This document shows positions 48,920-62,352 of a DNA stretch of 64,000 nt, one piece after another. Numbering within the stretch: the stretch's first letter is position 1; the number at the start of each line of letters is the position of its first letter. The notes under the pieces are model-generated. The model ran no database searches and was not told the DNA's origin. It saw nothing but the letters and a program-made list of their open reading frames with translations. A program made the translations under genes and the position numbers. Source of the DNA: Selaginella moellendorffii (taxonomy: Eukaryota; Plantae; Lycopodiophyta); assembly GCF_000143415.4 (NCBI RefSeq), contig NW_003314287.1, positions 1,014,203-1,078,202 of the forward strand. Reading direction: 5' to 3'.

Positions 48920-50736
48920 CTACTGCCACGCCATTTGCCTTACACCCCTTCTGCCACGCTGCGAAAACTCCCGCAAGACGTAGTCCCTCAAGCTCGTATC
49001 GTTCACCTCGCAGAACTTGTGCTTCCAGTTGACAGGCTCCACTTCCTGGGTGCCGAGGCCGGGAGTCCTGTCGTTGGAGTCCAAGTTCTTCTTCTGCTTC
49101 CAGTCGGAGACGTAGGCCGAGACTCGCCTCCGGAACTTGCCCCGGAACTCGTCCCAGGCCTGGTACTTGTAGTGGTTGATGACGCCTTTCGACGATGGAA
49201 CGCTGGCGTTGGCGTAGCCCGGCCGGAGCTGGAAGTGGTGGACGACGTTGAGCAGCGAGGGATCCAACGCGCCCAGCAGCACAATCGACTTGTGGCGCTG
49301 GAGCTTTCTCGTCCGGCAAGTGTAGCCTTGGGTTACTCCAGTCACGGGATGTGTCTGCTGTCCCGACGGACCGAAAACTCTGCAGCCGAGGAAGATCTGG
49401 CCAACTGTGATCATCTTGTTGCTCTGCCACGGCCTCCAAAGACCAAAAACTTTCTTCTGAGCTCTCTCTGAGGAACTCATGCTCTGCACCAGTGCCGTGA
49501 GGGGCCGGGAGTTTTTCTTGATCCACGCGGTCGGATAGATGAACTCGTCGACGTCTGCGTAAACCATCCAAGTGCATTCCGCCTCAGCACGAAGCGCACA
49601 GTGGGAAAAACCAGCTTCCTGGGATTTGACCCAAGGCCAGAAGTGCCTGCTGACGTTGTACTGCTTCAAGTCCTCTAGAACCGCGGTGACATTGTCCTCG
49701 CTGTTGTTGTCGTAGAAGAAAAACCTCTCCACTCCAAGCTTCGAGTGGAAAATCACCCATTCCTTCAGAAACTTCGCCACGTTGAATACCATGGTGCACG
49801 AGCACAGGAAGTACTTCCTTGTCACCTCCATCTCTGCCTTCCAAACCCCGAGGCCCTGCTCGTAGTAAGCCACCGAAGGCATCAGAGCCTTGTCCACGCT
49901 CAGCGTCACTTTCTTCCCAGCAATCGCCCTCCAAGAACTCAATGGCGGATGCGCACAGCGGAAGACCTCCTGGGCAGCACTGGTGACTTTGGTGATCGCA
50001 GCTCCATCACCAAACACACAGTTCAAGTCCTTGACGCGCCGCTGCTGGCCCCTCTTTGTAACGATGCCCTTCGCGAACACCAGAACGTCCAGTGGCGTGA
50101 CCACAGCCTCGAAAACCAGAAAGTCCCACTGGAAAGCTTCCACCTGTGGCGAAGAAACTAGCGCCCGGCCGCTGTCTACGTCCGTGAGGGACACCACGCC
50201 TCCACTAGCGCCGATCTTGACCTGGGAGGAGGAGGAGAAATTGCAGCGCACAGCTAGCCTGCGATTGTCCATATCCATCCCCTGGACGCTAACAAGCGTC
50301 CCATCGCCGACAACGCAGCCCAGACTCTGGCGCTGACGAAGAAAATCGCTCGAAGCTGGGGTCTTGATCAGCAGAAGGACTTCTTCTGGCAGCGCCACAA
50401 CGTCCTGGATGTAGACATGATCCACGCTCTCTGGCTCCCAGATTTCTGCCTCCTCGACACGCAATTTACTCCCGGTCAGAAGATTGCTGCCAAGAACCGG
50501 CAAGAACACATCCCCTGTGCAAGAATCCGAGAGACTTAGCCTCCGATCGATCGAAATGCAAGGGGGGACATACCTGGAGACGAGCTCGACATGAGAAATC
50601 CAGCTGCGACGAGCGAGAAGACGACGAAGACACCGCACAGCGCGTCCAGGCGCTTGAATCTCGAAATGCCGAGCGCCACGACCGCCGCGGCGGCTTGAGC
50701 TCCGCCCTGCGCATTCTTGGAGATGGATCTTGCCAT
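48920..50736 (-). CDS. Glycosyltransferase family 92 / DUF23 type-II membrane protein (copy B)
   Basis: Exon 1 'MARSISK...LCGVFVVFSLVAAGFLM' (TM), intron at about 50516-50572, then 'LCSCTMVFNVAKFLKEW', 'YDNNSED', 'WPWVKSQEAGFSHC', 'YADVDEF', 'NHYKYQAW', 'DRTPGLG'. Confidence 0.92.
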
Positions 50737-51180
50737 ATTTCCTTGCTGAGAGGTGATCCACCCTAACCCTGGCCTCGAGGCTCCCACATCACTGCGCTAC
50801 TCTCATTGTCACTCCCATTCGACGTGGCAGAGAGGCTCACATTTAATCCTCCAATCTATGCTGCTCTGAGTTGACTGACAGTGTAAGGAATCGAACCCGG
50901 CGTCGTCTCGAAAAAAGAAAGAACAGAAATTGAACTGGCGACCATTCTTTGATAAAGGAAAGAATGTTATTGGCAGGAATCGAACTAATGACCATTCTTT
51001 GAAAAGAAAAAAGAAAAAAGAATGCCATTCTTTCATTAAAATTTCTTGCTTTGTACACTTTGTGGTCACCAGTGAAGAGAGAAAGACGACGATCTCTCTC
51101 TCTCTTTGTGGTGTCGTCCAAGCGATCAATCATCCATCCTTTCCCCTACTTCCGGGAAAAATGCCGCAAGTTCTTCTTCT

Positions 51181-53450
51181 TTAGCCCGAGGACTCTCCCA
51201 CCCAGTAGCTCTTGACTGACACTAGAATCTTCTCTCGATTGAAAGGCCCTGTTTCGTGATCCACCATCCGGCTCTCCCACTTCATACCGCTCGCGATCCT
51301 CTTGACTTTGTTGAGAACATCCACCTCGTCCCGGATGATCACAGCTCCTTCAGGGCGAAGAATTCTGTCCATTTCCAGTAAGATGTCCACCAGATCGCAC
51401 TTGTTCCTGCCAGAAAAGAAACCAGCTTGAGAAACGAAGAAACTGTAAGCTTCACGAGAACCTACCGCGCTCTGTACATGCTAAACACCCGGTTTGCATG
51501 GATGAAGTCGTAAGTCCTGGGGTACGTCGAGAATGCTTCGCACCAGTCGTGGTACACCCCGATGAATCCTCGCTCGTAGATCACACCCAGCGTCGTGTTG
51601 TCCATGAACGAGCTCTGCTGGGGAATCTCTCCGAGAACGTCCGCGTTTCCGGACGAAAATGGTGGCACCGCGTTCATCACCCATACCCGGTTATCGTTGG
51701 CAAAGGCAGCCGCGAATCCACCCAGCCCCGCGTTCATGTCCATGATATTCCTGTATCGCCCCTGCCCCAGTGGAGGAATGACGGAGTTCTTGTAGTAGCC
51801 CACTCGCTCGTTCCACAGCTTTGTGTCCGCCTCGTAGACATCCGGTGTGACACCCGGGACCAGTCCGGTTGCAACTCGGGGTGGGACCTCGGTTGCCCGA
51901 GATGGCCATTTCGCCAGCTTCCCGCCGGACACTTCCGATCTTTCGGTCACTGCTGGGAGTGGAGTAATGCATGCCTGCATTGGCTTGTACCTGAAGTCAC
52001 GATGAGTCAGATCTATATCAATGACTAGAAATGGAAACACCTTTGATTACTTACCACGCCTCGTCAGCGTCCTCTGCCTTGCAAATAGGAGGATCCCTGT
52101 ACACCTTCTTCCGGTTCCTCACGCAATCGTAATGGTTTGTTGGTTTCCTCCACACCGCCAGATTTCCCCTCTCCACCACCTTCTTCCAGCAGAGAGCTTT
52201 CGCGAGCTCCTCAATGGCGGTCATCTCGCCCAGCAAATCTTCCTGGGTCCGCTGCCAGCCCTTCCAGTGCGTCTGCCAATTCACCGGCGGCCCCGACAGC
52301 ACCCAGTATCCTCCAGGCCTCAAGACGCGATCAACTTCGGCGAGATAGACACCATCTGCAAAGCCGAGGCATTAATTGGCATGGAAAATCGGAAGAGCAG
52401 GATCTAAACCAGAGGCAGCCTAGACAGGGAGTGAGATTGGCGTGAGCTTGGGAGGGAAAGAAAAAAAAACCCACCGTAGTCCTTCCAAGGAATGAGGCAG
52501 CGGGAGCAGTGGGCGAGATCAAAGGCCCTGGCAGGATACAGCAGCCTTTGCGACGCCATAACTCCCAGCATTGCGGGTACGCCTCGCTCCAGAGCAAACT
52601 GCACTTGGCCCTCGTGCGTGTCTCTCGGGGCAAACGACATTGTCAAGACATTTCTGCTGAGAAGAAATGCTCCAAAGCTCGCCACCTACATGATCCATGG
52701 CCGATAACTTACATCATAGATAGCCAACGAAACGTTTTCTATAAAGCAAGGAGAAAAACTTACCCCGCAGCCAGTATCAAGCGCCGTCCGGATCGATCCA
52801 TCCTTGAGAGGAACGAGCTTGCCAATGTCATCAATGTAGGCGTCGGCTCCTTTCGGGAACATAGTGCCACCGCCAGGGAACTTGAATCGATCGCCCTCGT
52901 ATTGGATCCAGTTCTGGACCGCCTTCTCGACGGTGAGCTCCTTGTGTGGGACATTGGCGTACCAGGCGAAATCCCTGCTCTTGGGCCAGGGGAAGGGATT
53001 GCGATACCCGGGAGGGGCCGGGATGAGGCATCTGAGACGCTCCGAGTCCTGGGCGGGGCAGTGGCGCTCCCGGTAGATGAGGCGATCGCGGTCGAAGCGG
53101 AGCGATCGCTCGATGTCCTCGCAGGGCGTGTACTCGCTGAATTTGAGGGCGCAGGAATCGAAGGCGAGATCGAGGAGGGCTGGATCATCGTCGCCTCCTC
53201 CCGCGTGGTGCGCGGAGAAATCCAGCGACGAGGCATCGCCCACGGCGGCTTGCTGCTCCGGCCGATCGCAGTGAGTGAGATGGACTCGCGTGGTGTCGAT
53301 CTTGACGGTGGAGCTCGGCTGCTGCTGCCATGCCCCAAGAATGTAGAAGAAGAAGCACAGCCCGCCGGCGCCAAAGATCCAGGAGAGATTGCGCCTCTTG
53401 TCGCCGCCGGGCGCGTGGAGCTTTGGCGACGCTGGAAAATCCTTCCCCAT
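51181..53450 (-). CDS. DUF248/Methyltransf_29 Golgi SAM-dependent methyltransferase (PMT2/PMT14/PMT18-like putative pectin methyltransferase)
   Basis: 'MGKDF...' TM; 'YRERHCP', 'WPKSRD', 'FPGGGTMF', '[10 protein letters not shown]', 'HCSRC', '[15 protein letters not shown]', '[13 protein letters not shown]', '[12 protein letters not shown]'. Confidence 0.93.
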
Positions 53451-56400
53451 CCTTCTTTGAAATCGAAATATTTCGATCTTGGGGTGCCGCTCAAGAATCA
53501 ATGGCACCGCATCGAAAAGAGCGCTGCAAAGTCCCGATTACCGGCGCCCTGGCGCGCGGCAGAAAGAACAATGCGCGGCAAAGATGAGGCCGCTCCCTCG
53601 TCGCAATCGATCACCAAACAGCCCGAAATTTCACTGGGAGAACGCCCGACGCGCCTGGAGCGAGGACGAAAAGGGATCCTGATGGCCTTAGCTGGTGATC
53701 TTTGCGCGCATTTCGTGTGCCAGGACTGGAAAAGCCCTGGGACAAAGGCGAGATCGTCGTGGCTGCTCAAGGAAGAACCCTAAAGCACTTGCTAGACAGA
53801 GAGAAAGAGCGAGCTCTTTTAGCTAACTTCCCTTCCCTCCAAGTCCAAGAGAGAGAGAAAGAGAGGGGGAGAGACTCGCCCGTGTCGAGATGATATCGAA
53901 TGATTCCAGGGAATATTTACGTTGGCTCCGCGAGTTCGATTCCTGTGCCTGTCCTGTGGCAGTTTTCTAACAAAATATAACAGAACGACCTTGGCTAACC
54001 GACCGACACTCACTAGCCTGACCATGTTAACACCTCCAGTTTAGCTCTTAAACAAATAGTTTTAACGTGTTCTTCCGGTGTTCTCGCTCGCGGCGAATTT
54101 CTCCTCGACAATCCTTTGTTTTTGCGCTGGATTTGACGTTGGAGCTCGTCGAAAGGAATCTTGGGGTGAAAGCAACGTTTGCTGCGGCTGGGCTATACAA
54201 ATCACTGGCCCGCTTCGTCAATGGATGGAAATGTCTCGCCCAGCTAACGCACAGCTCGCATTGTCCACACAGGCTTAATCGTTACGTCCACTGGGAGGAG
54301 CTCTGAGAGGATCACGGCACGAACGCAAAAAAAGTCTAGGATGATCAACCCCTGTCCCTGGAAACTTGGAGGTGTCAGTAGACAAAAGACTCAAGTGACC
54401 TGGCCAAGTTGCAAGCAAGGATGAAATGAAAATGAAATGCTTACGTGAGATGAGATTGACAAGCTTGAGCCACGCTCGATGGAAAAACTGCGATCGATCC
54501 AATGGAAGAGAGCCTTGACATCAATCGCGCTTTGTTTCGTTGTCCTGCGTGGCTATGGACGAGTCCAAAGCGCCGACACTCGTCAACAACGAATCTTCTG
54601 TGATTGTTTAAAGAGTAAATGGAAGTACCTCGCTCGCTCGCTCGCCATCGCTAGGAGTTAAGCGGAGGAGTTAAAGCTTCGTCGTCTAGCTCTCTCGCCC
54701 AAGCAGGGCTCCCGCGGACTGTTTCCAGCGCAATCTTCGCTACTCCACCAAACTCCAACCGATTGCACAGCGAAAACAAGGTGTGAGACGACGACCTCGC
54801 AACCAAAACAAAGCAAGAAACATTCAAGAGTAACTAGACAACAGAAGAAACGAGACAATGAAGCCGCAAAAAAAAAAAAAAAAAAAAAAAACCAACTACG
54901 AGGTTCATGGCTAACTAAACAAGAACAAGCAAACCAGAGCATACGAACCTGGAGTGTCGTGGTACCCGCACACGCAAGGCTCGTGTTTTGCTCGCTCGAG
55001 CACATAAACATCGTTGCTTTGGAGAAGCAAGCCTGCGAAATAATGTGTCAATCGCTTTAAGCGAGAGATCTTACATTACATCCAGGCTTTGGCCGAGAAA
55101 GAATGACACGCAAAATCTCGCGATCTTGGTGGACATGGACGGCTCTGGCGGTGTGTCAGGGGGGTGTGAATGCCCAACAGGGGGAAACAAACAAAGAACA
55201 TTGGAAGTCGATGCCGCGGGGACGCATTTAGAGCAAGCGATCGAGTGGAACGTTGACATGATCGCGAGAATACCTTGCGAGGAGCGATCGATCCATCGGA
55301 GACGCTAATACGCCGCTACTGGATGTTAACGCCTATGGCGGCAAAACCCTAGAACGGAAAATGGGCTTCCTTGATGTTGGCTGTGGAATATTTCTTATTG
55401 ATCAAGCTTCCATTTTTCAAGCGCGTGGTACTGGTGCCCGATTAAACTCCAAAAGGTCGTTACATTGCCACAAATCTTTTATTTCTTGAATAGTTTCTCT
55501 GCTGTGTTTAAGGCGAAGACTAATCTACCGAAGAAACGTCAGTGCGTGATTTTTAAAGTTTTCACTGATCAATCCAGCAGGGCTCCAAACATATGTGGAC
55601 AACGATAGCTTTCATCGAGATCAAAGAGGTTTTGAGGAGCGGTGCTAGAAAATCTTCAAGGTTTTCAGGTTCGCAACTTAAGAAATGACTTGATGTGCTG
55701 AGCACAAACTCGATCCCTAGGGAACAGCGTCACCATTTCTAAACGCAAAAGGGCGCTCTCGATCCCTGACAAGCGTCCTGGATGCCACCATTGTGAGGCC
55801 TGGAGCGCTGCAAATTATATCCAATTCTGCAAGCTCTGAGGAAGATCACGAGCGTGAGTGAGTGAGCCGGTTCACAACTTTGGAGAAAGTTGTTTCAAGC
55901 CAGACTGATCACAGTGCTAAGTCTCACTATCATCGAATTGTTTTGGCAGCTTTGCGCGTGTACAGGCCAGCAAAAGCATATTAACGCGAACTCACAAGTT
56001 CGAGATACTCCAGTAGCAATCAAAGCTTTGGACCATAATTTGATATCTCGAGAGCTTTAAAAAAAGTCCAGGGACTTGCGAGAGCATTTCATCAGCGCTC
56101 CAAAGATCAAAGCCTCGTCTCTCGACATTACAAATCTATTCCATGGATTGGATGCCTCTCGGGGGAGCAAATATGTTCCCTACAATAGCTCTATTTGTCC
56201 TAAGTTCCAATCGCTCCAAAAGGAAGTATAGCTTGGAAGGAAGCCTTCTTTATAAAGTACTACAGCCTTACATTATATTTTCCTTCCTGCCTTCCACTCC
56301 CGCAGTGTTGATCATGCCACGAATGATCCAGCTGGACGGCAGTGATGCAGAAGATCCAAGTGCTTTAACTGCTACACCTGGCGGCATCTCTGACCGTCCA

Positions 56401-56689
56401 TTGCACGATAGCATTTTTTAAATAATCGTTCTAAGCAACAAGGAAGCCTTTGTGCTGTGTGGCGCTTTGCGGGAGGAGGACGAAGGCGCGTTCTCGCTGT
56501 TGGCGCCGTGTTCGTGAGCTCTGCCGCGCCTCCCCCGACGGTGAGTCTGCCGATGGCGAAGATTTCGTGAATGATCTCCTCCGGGATCTGCATTGCTAGG
56601 GTTGTGGCGTCCCGTGGATCCGAGCATTGGCGCCGCTCGATGGGATTCGCGTGCCTGTGAGGCGGATTTGCGAGATTATCGGTGCCAGG

Positions 56690-58923
56690 ATGAAGGACAG
56701 GGAGATGAAGCTCAATGTGGAGAAGAAGCAGCAAAGATTCGTGCCGCTGGCGTTCATGGTGATCTTGCTGTGCGCGATCTCGTTCTATCTCGGCGGCGCC
56801 TTCAGCTCTACCAAGGCGCGTGTGATTCAAGTCACGAGCGGCGCCCCCGCCTCGAAAGATCCGATCAGTATCCAGTTAACCAAGGCGGATTGCTCCAGCG
56901 CTTTCAAGCAGGAGCCATTCCCAGAGTGTAACATCACATTCCAAGATGTGACGCCTTGCACCAATCCACTGGTACGTTATCTTCCTTTTTCTCTCCCTTG
57001 TTCTTTCTTTTACTTAATACTAAATGGGTGTGACCGCAGCGATGGAGGAAATTCGATAAGCACCGCATGGCATTTCGCGAGCGGCATTGTCCTCCAATGT
57101 CCGAGAGGTTTCAGTGCCTAGTTCCTCCGCCCGATGGATACAAGGTTCCTATCAAATGGCCGAAGAGCCGAGACGAATGCTGGTATAAGTAAGTTCGTCT
57201 TCTTCTTTTTTGTCTTTGGTTTTGGTTGCTCAAGCCTTGTTGTTTTGATGGCTAGAAACGTTCCATTCGAATGGATCAACTCGGAGAAGGCTAACCAGAA
57301 TTGGCTTCACAAGAGTGGGGAGAAGTTCATTTTTCCGGGTGGAGGAACCATGTTTCCAAATGGAGTGAACGAGTATTTGGATCAGATGGAGGAGCTGATT
57401 CCTGGCATGAAGGATGGATCGGTTCGAACAGCATTGGATACTGGTTGCGGGGTAAGAAGAGAAAAAACGCATTCTCGTAAGCCTTAATAGTCTTTTTCCT
57501 TTAAACTTTCAGGTGGCAAGCTGGGGTGGAGCTCTGCTGGATCGTAACATCATAACCATGTCACTGGCACCAAGAGATAACCACGAAGCGCAAGTTCAGT
57601 TTGCTTTGGAGCGGGGTATTCCTGCAATCTTGGGCATTCTTGCGACCCAGCGCCTTCCTTTCCCGGCCAATGCTTTCGATATGGCACATTGTTCGCGATG
57701 TCTGATACCTTGGACAGAGTTCGGTAAGCTGATACTAAAGTTTCTCGTGTTTTCGACGGACATGCTTCTCTTACAGGAGGAGTTTTCCTTTTGGAAATTG
57801 ACCGTGTGCTGCGTCCTGGTGGTTTTTGGGTCCTTTCTGGTCCGCCTGTCAACTACGAGGTGCACTGGAAAGGATGGGATACCACAGAAGCGAAGCAGAA
57901 GGCCGATCTGGACGCCATCAAGGGCCTACTCAAGAAAATGTGTTACACCCTGTACGCGACGGAAGGTGATATTGCTGTGTGGCAGAAGCCTGTGGATACG
58001 ACTTGCTACGAGAGTCGAGAGCCTTTGACGCATCCTCCAATGTGCGACGATAGCATTGAAACCGACGCTGCTTGGTAAGTCACCATATTTTCTTTTTCTC
58101 TCACGGAACTAAATTGCTTCGGTTGAAAAGGTACGTGCCAATCAGAGCGTGCATCGTTCCCCAGCCATACGGTGCGAAAGGCCTCGCAGTTGGTCAAGTT
58201 CCAAAATGGCCACAGCGGCTGTCCAGTTCACCAGACAGGCTCCGATACATCTCGGGTGGCAGCGCCGGCGCTTTCAAAATCGATTCGCGCTTTTGGGAGA
58301 AGCGCGTGAAGTACTACAAGACTCTCCTTCCGGAGCTGGGCACAAACAAGTTCCGAAACGTCATGGACATGAACACCAAGTATGGAGGCTTCGCAGCAGC
58401 TCTGACGAACGATCCCGTCTGGGTGATGAACACAGTCTCCTCCTACGCAGTGAACTCCTTGGGCGTTGTTTTCGACCGAGGTCTCCTTGGCACACTGCAC
58501 GACTGGTAAGTATCGCTCTATTTCTCTTACTGCTGAGCTTACCAAAACTCTTTCTCAGGTGCGAGGCGTTCTCGACGTATCCACGAACGTATGATCTTCT
58601 CCACTTGTCCGGCCTCTTCACTGCGGAGAGCCACAGGTATGCGAGAGGGAGAGCAGCAGCTCTGATTCAGATACTGATGCTTCCATCACAGGTGTGAGAT
58701 GAAATTCGTGATGCTGGAGATGGATCGCATTCTCAGGCCGGAGGGCCACGCGATCATCTCCGACTCGCCGGAGTTCGTGGAGAAGGCGGAGATCATCGCT
58801 CGGGCAATGCGGTGGGACTGCACTCGATACGACAGTGCAAAGAATGGCGAGGAGCCGGTTCTCATCTGCCAAAAGGAGCTGTGGAAGGCATCACCAGCAT
58901 CCGACAGTGACGTGATTGAGTGA
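56690..58923 (+). CDS. DUF248/Methyltransf_29 methyltransferase, ERD3/PMT21-like
   Basis: 'MKDRE...[11 protein letters not shown]'; '[27 protein letters not shown]'; 'GPPVNYE'; '[22 protein letters not shown]'; '[25 protein letters not shown]'. Confidence 0.92.
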
Positions 58924-59507
58924 AAGAGTAGTAGGCCGCGATTCGTTGGGCGTTGTAATCGAGCGCAGTGGCGACGGCCACGCCCCAAAATTTTGTCAAA
59001 GTTGTATCAACTACTTGGAATTGGTTTCTCTTAAACTTGAGTCGTTGACTTTTGTAAGCTTTAATATGACTTTTATGTTGACCTTCTCTACTAGAACTTT
59101 TGATCCTTGACTGCACTGGGTATGGCAATCTCAGCAAGAAGAGAATGAAAGCTTTGCTATCTCGGCAAACTTTGAACTGTAAAGCATAAGTACAAGGCCA
59201 CAAACACAGACAAAATGGAGAACGTACTAGCTCGAGACCCTCTTACAGTTTCTTAGAACTGCAAAGACCTGCTCCAGTCTAGAGTCTGATTTGTTTCGGA
59301 CAAACGTACCCCTGCAGCAATGAAGTTTAAGCAACAATCAGCTAGCAGAAACAAAAACGCCACTAGATACCTTTGCTCTGCTCGGCTGCCACCTTGCCAA
59401 TCTCTGGCCACGACAGACCACTCTCTGAAAGAGCCTTCAACCCTGAAAACACAGAGCAATGTGAGCGATCAGTGCTGCATTCATCAACGTACCTGAGAAG
59501 CATCGAT

Positions 59508-60608
59508 TTATCCCCCGAGCGAAGAAGGCATTGCGATACGGCTAGCACAATCTTGCTTCATCTTCTCACTGGGTGTGTTGATATTTGCCACAGCAGTGAA
59601 GTCGAGCTCCACACTCAGGAGCTTTTGCATCATAATTTCAGCCTTGCTTCTCTTCTCGAGCCAATCCCATTTCAGGCTCTGAGCCCCACACCGCAAGTAC
59701 AGCACTCCCCTAATAAATACGCCTGTTTCCTGATTAGGAAGGATGACACTTCGTTCCACGTCCAATTCCCCCTATCCAACACCAACACTCTAAGTCCACC
59801 AGACGCGACCTCCACAAGCACCCCGATTTCGCCTCCAACTTCCAGCATGTAAGACTTGTAAATCCCAACTTCTTTCAAACACCAAGCGCGCACCCACTTG
59901 GCGGAGTTAATGGCTGCCATATCGTCGATCTCCAGCAGCACCAGCGCACCGTGCTGCCAGCACTCCCCGAGGCGATAGCACACGCCCCCAACACAGACCG
60001 TGTTGGAGGACAGCATGGACACGGTCTGGTACTGCGGCACCGTCCAAACGCCCAGCCTCGAGTCGAACACATACGAGTTTAGCCAGATCCGGAAGAACAC
60101 CACCCCCTCATCGCTAGCATACGTTGTCAGCATGCAGGAAGCGATGTTAGCTTGAACCCCAGGAACAGATACCCATTACTGCATCAGCGGATTTCCCACC
60201 AGGAAGCCTTGCTTGTTCGTGAAGGTCTTCCGCTCCATGAACCGGCACAAGACGAGGCCACCGTGAGAGACCAAAGGCTGCGAGTTTTGTGGTGCTAGCC
60301 ACTGCTTCCAGCCCGGGAGGGACGTGCCGCAGCCTCGTCACCTTTCCTTTGTGCTTGAAGATCGACACAAAAGGGCCCCTGTAGTGGTACCGTGTTTGCA
60401 GCCTCCTCGTTTTCCTGTTCACTCCGTGATGCAGCAGGAGGAGCGTCTTTGCTGTGTTGCGCCCGTGTTTCCGCCACAGCGCCTTGAAGCCTGAATCGTC
60501 GCGCAGCAGCGCAGCCCAGGCCTTGCACACCAGCTGCGCCCGCACTGCATCGCGGGCTGACAGCCACGAGAGGATTTCCAGCTCCAAGTCCGGTGACAAG
60601 CTGGTCAT
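59508..60608 (-). pseudogene. F-box protein pseudogene (intronless)
   Basis: F-box 'LSPDLELEILSWLSARDAVRAQLVCKAW'; frameshift near 60300; in-frame stop in 'VGNPLMQ*W' (about 60176-60178); second frameshift near 59690 before 'VELDFTAV'. Confidence 0.8.
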
Positions 60609-60843
60609 TGCCCGATCTGGTCAATAGTCCTTTATATAATCTAATATGTCTGATTGATTTGCGGGGTGATCTTCTGAACGATTTCTCGACTTGTACCTGT
60701 CACCGGGCTATGTTAATCTTCTCTGTATCGTTCTTGGTGTCTCCCAAAAGACTTTGAAAAGGATTGGAGTTACACTGTTTGGAGATTTTAGAGTTTTATT
60801 TAGCTGAAATATACTAGATTATCTTTTAGGGTTATTTAGTTAG

Positions 60844-62352
60844 ATGAGGTTCATTCGTCTCTTCTCCTGTGAATGCTCTCGGTTCAGCCGCGCATCGCCA
60901 ATGTGGAGGATGAATCAGCGAATCCGTTCATTTGCGAGCTCGGCGAGCCTGGAAGGCCACTCCGACTCGAGGAAGTGAGTGTGTCTAGATGAATGGATCT
61001 TTTAAGCTGTGATTTTTGTCTGAAGGAAGAAGAAAAGGAGATTGGATGAGCTCTGCGTGGAAAGATATCCTCAGTTCGCGCGGAATGTGGTACAATCCTG
61101 GATCATACAAGGCAAGGCAACGCTCGTTTCTTCTTCTTCTTCTTCTTCTTCTTCTTTGTTTTTTCCGTGGTGTGGTCTTTCTTATTCCAGTGTTTTTTTT
61201 TTGAACAATGGAAGAGTGTTTCCGTGTGTCCAGGGAAAGTTTTCGTGGATGGCAGGCCAGGAACAAAGTCTGGGATGCAAGTCGCAGAAACATCAGCAAT
61301 CGAAATCACAGCCCAGCCTCCAAAATACGTTTGCAGGCACGTCTTATTCCTCTTTTCTTCTGTTTTTTTTCTTCGTCATAAAGGAAATGACGATCAATCC
61401 AGGGCCGGAGACAAGCTCGCAGCAGCGCTTGAGCGATTTGGGTGTGATTTAAATGGTAAAGTGGTGCTCGACTCGGGGCTCTCCACCGGAGGCTTTACTG
61501 ACTGCATGCTACAGCATGGTGCCACGCGAGTGTATGGAGTCGACGTTGGCTATGGCCAAGTAAGTCTTTGTGTTTCTTTGGAAGGGAAAAAGGAAAGCGC
61601 TAACTTGGATTGAAACTCTCTCAAGGTTGCCGAGAAAATTCGAACCGATAAAAGAGTTCGCGTCATGGAGAGGACAAACTTACGTCTCTTAACTCGGCTA
61701 CCCGAGATGGTAGACTTCGTCACTCTGGATTTGTGCTTTATCTCGGTTTTGTTGGTGAGATTCTCGCAGTTCCAGCAATTTAGAGGATTGACAAGCTTGT
61801 TTTTTCTTTTTCCAATCTTAGGTGATGCCTGCCGTGTGCTCGGTGATGAAGCAGGATGCGAGCGGCATAATTCTCATCAAGCCACAGTTTGAAGCGGCCA
61901 GGTCTCAGGTGAGTCTCTCTGTTTTAAGCGTAAGCAGGCGTATCATCGTTTTTTCTCGCAGGTTGGCGGTGGTGGGATCGTGAGAAAGCCCGAAGTTCAC
62001 AGAGAGGTCTGTAGCAAAATGGAATATTTATATCTTTGCTTGACCTCTTTTTCTCTTGCTTTTGTGTGTAGGTTCTTGAGAAGGTCATAGATGGTGTTGA
62101 GGAGTTTGGCTTCGCTTGCAAAGGCTGGATGGAATCCCCAATCAAAGGCACCGATGGCAACACAGAGTTCCTGGCATACTTCCACAGGATGACCAAACAA
62201 ACACCATCGCAGGTTCTGGTATCTAACACTCGCTTGCTGATTATCTTTTTTTTCTTCTTCTTCTTCTTCTTCTTGCGCAGTTAAAACGCGAATTTGTTGC
62301 AAATAAGTCAAAGAGTTACTACTTGGATCTTCTTGAACGCAAGGGATCTTAA
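60844..62352 (+). CDS. TlyA/hemolysin-A-like rRNA 2'-O-methyltransferase (S4 + FtsJ-type domains), probable organellar targeting; 3' end uncertain
   Basis: 'RLDELC...GKVFVDG...KYVCRAGDKL', 'LDSGLSTGGFTDCMLQHGA.RVYGVDVGYGQ', 'MERTNLR', 'LIKPQFEA', 'SPIKGTDGNTEFL'; Arg/Ser-rich N-terminus. Confidence 0.9.

Noticed and set aside
50761-50800. USE-like TCCCACATC next to 'ccctaaccct' (snRNA or telomerase RNA gene?)
   Set aside because: There is no correctly spaced TATA and no recognisable RNA body. It lies in the GT92-B leader and is better explained as a telo-box-like motif.
60518-60545. F-box sequence resembling miR536 (possible local target)
   Set aside because: The similarity is partial and in the sense orientation of the mRNA, so it is not complementary to the miRNA.
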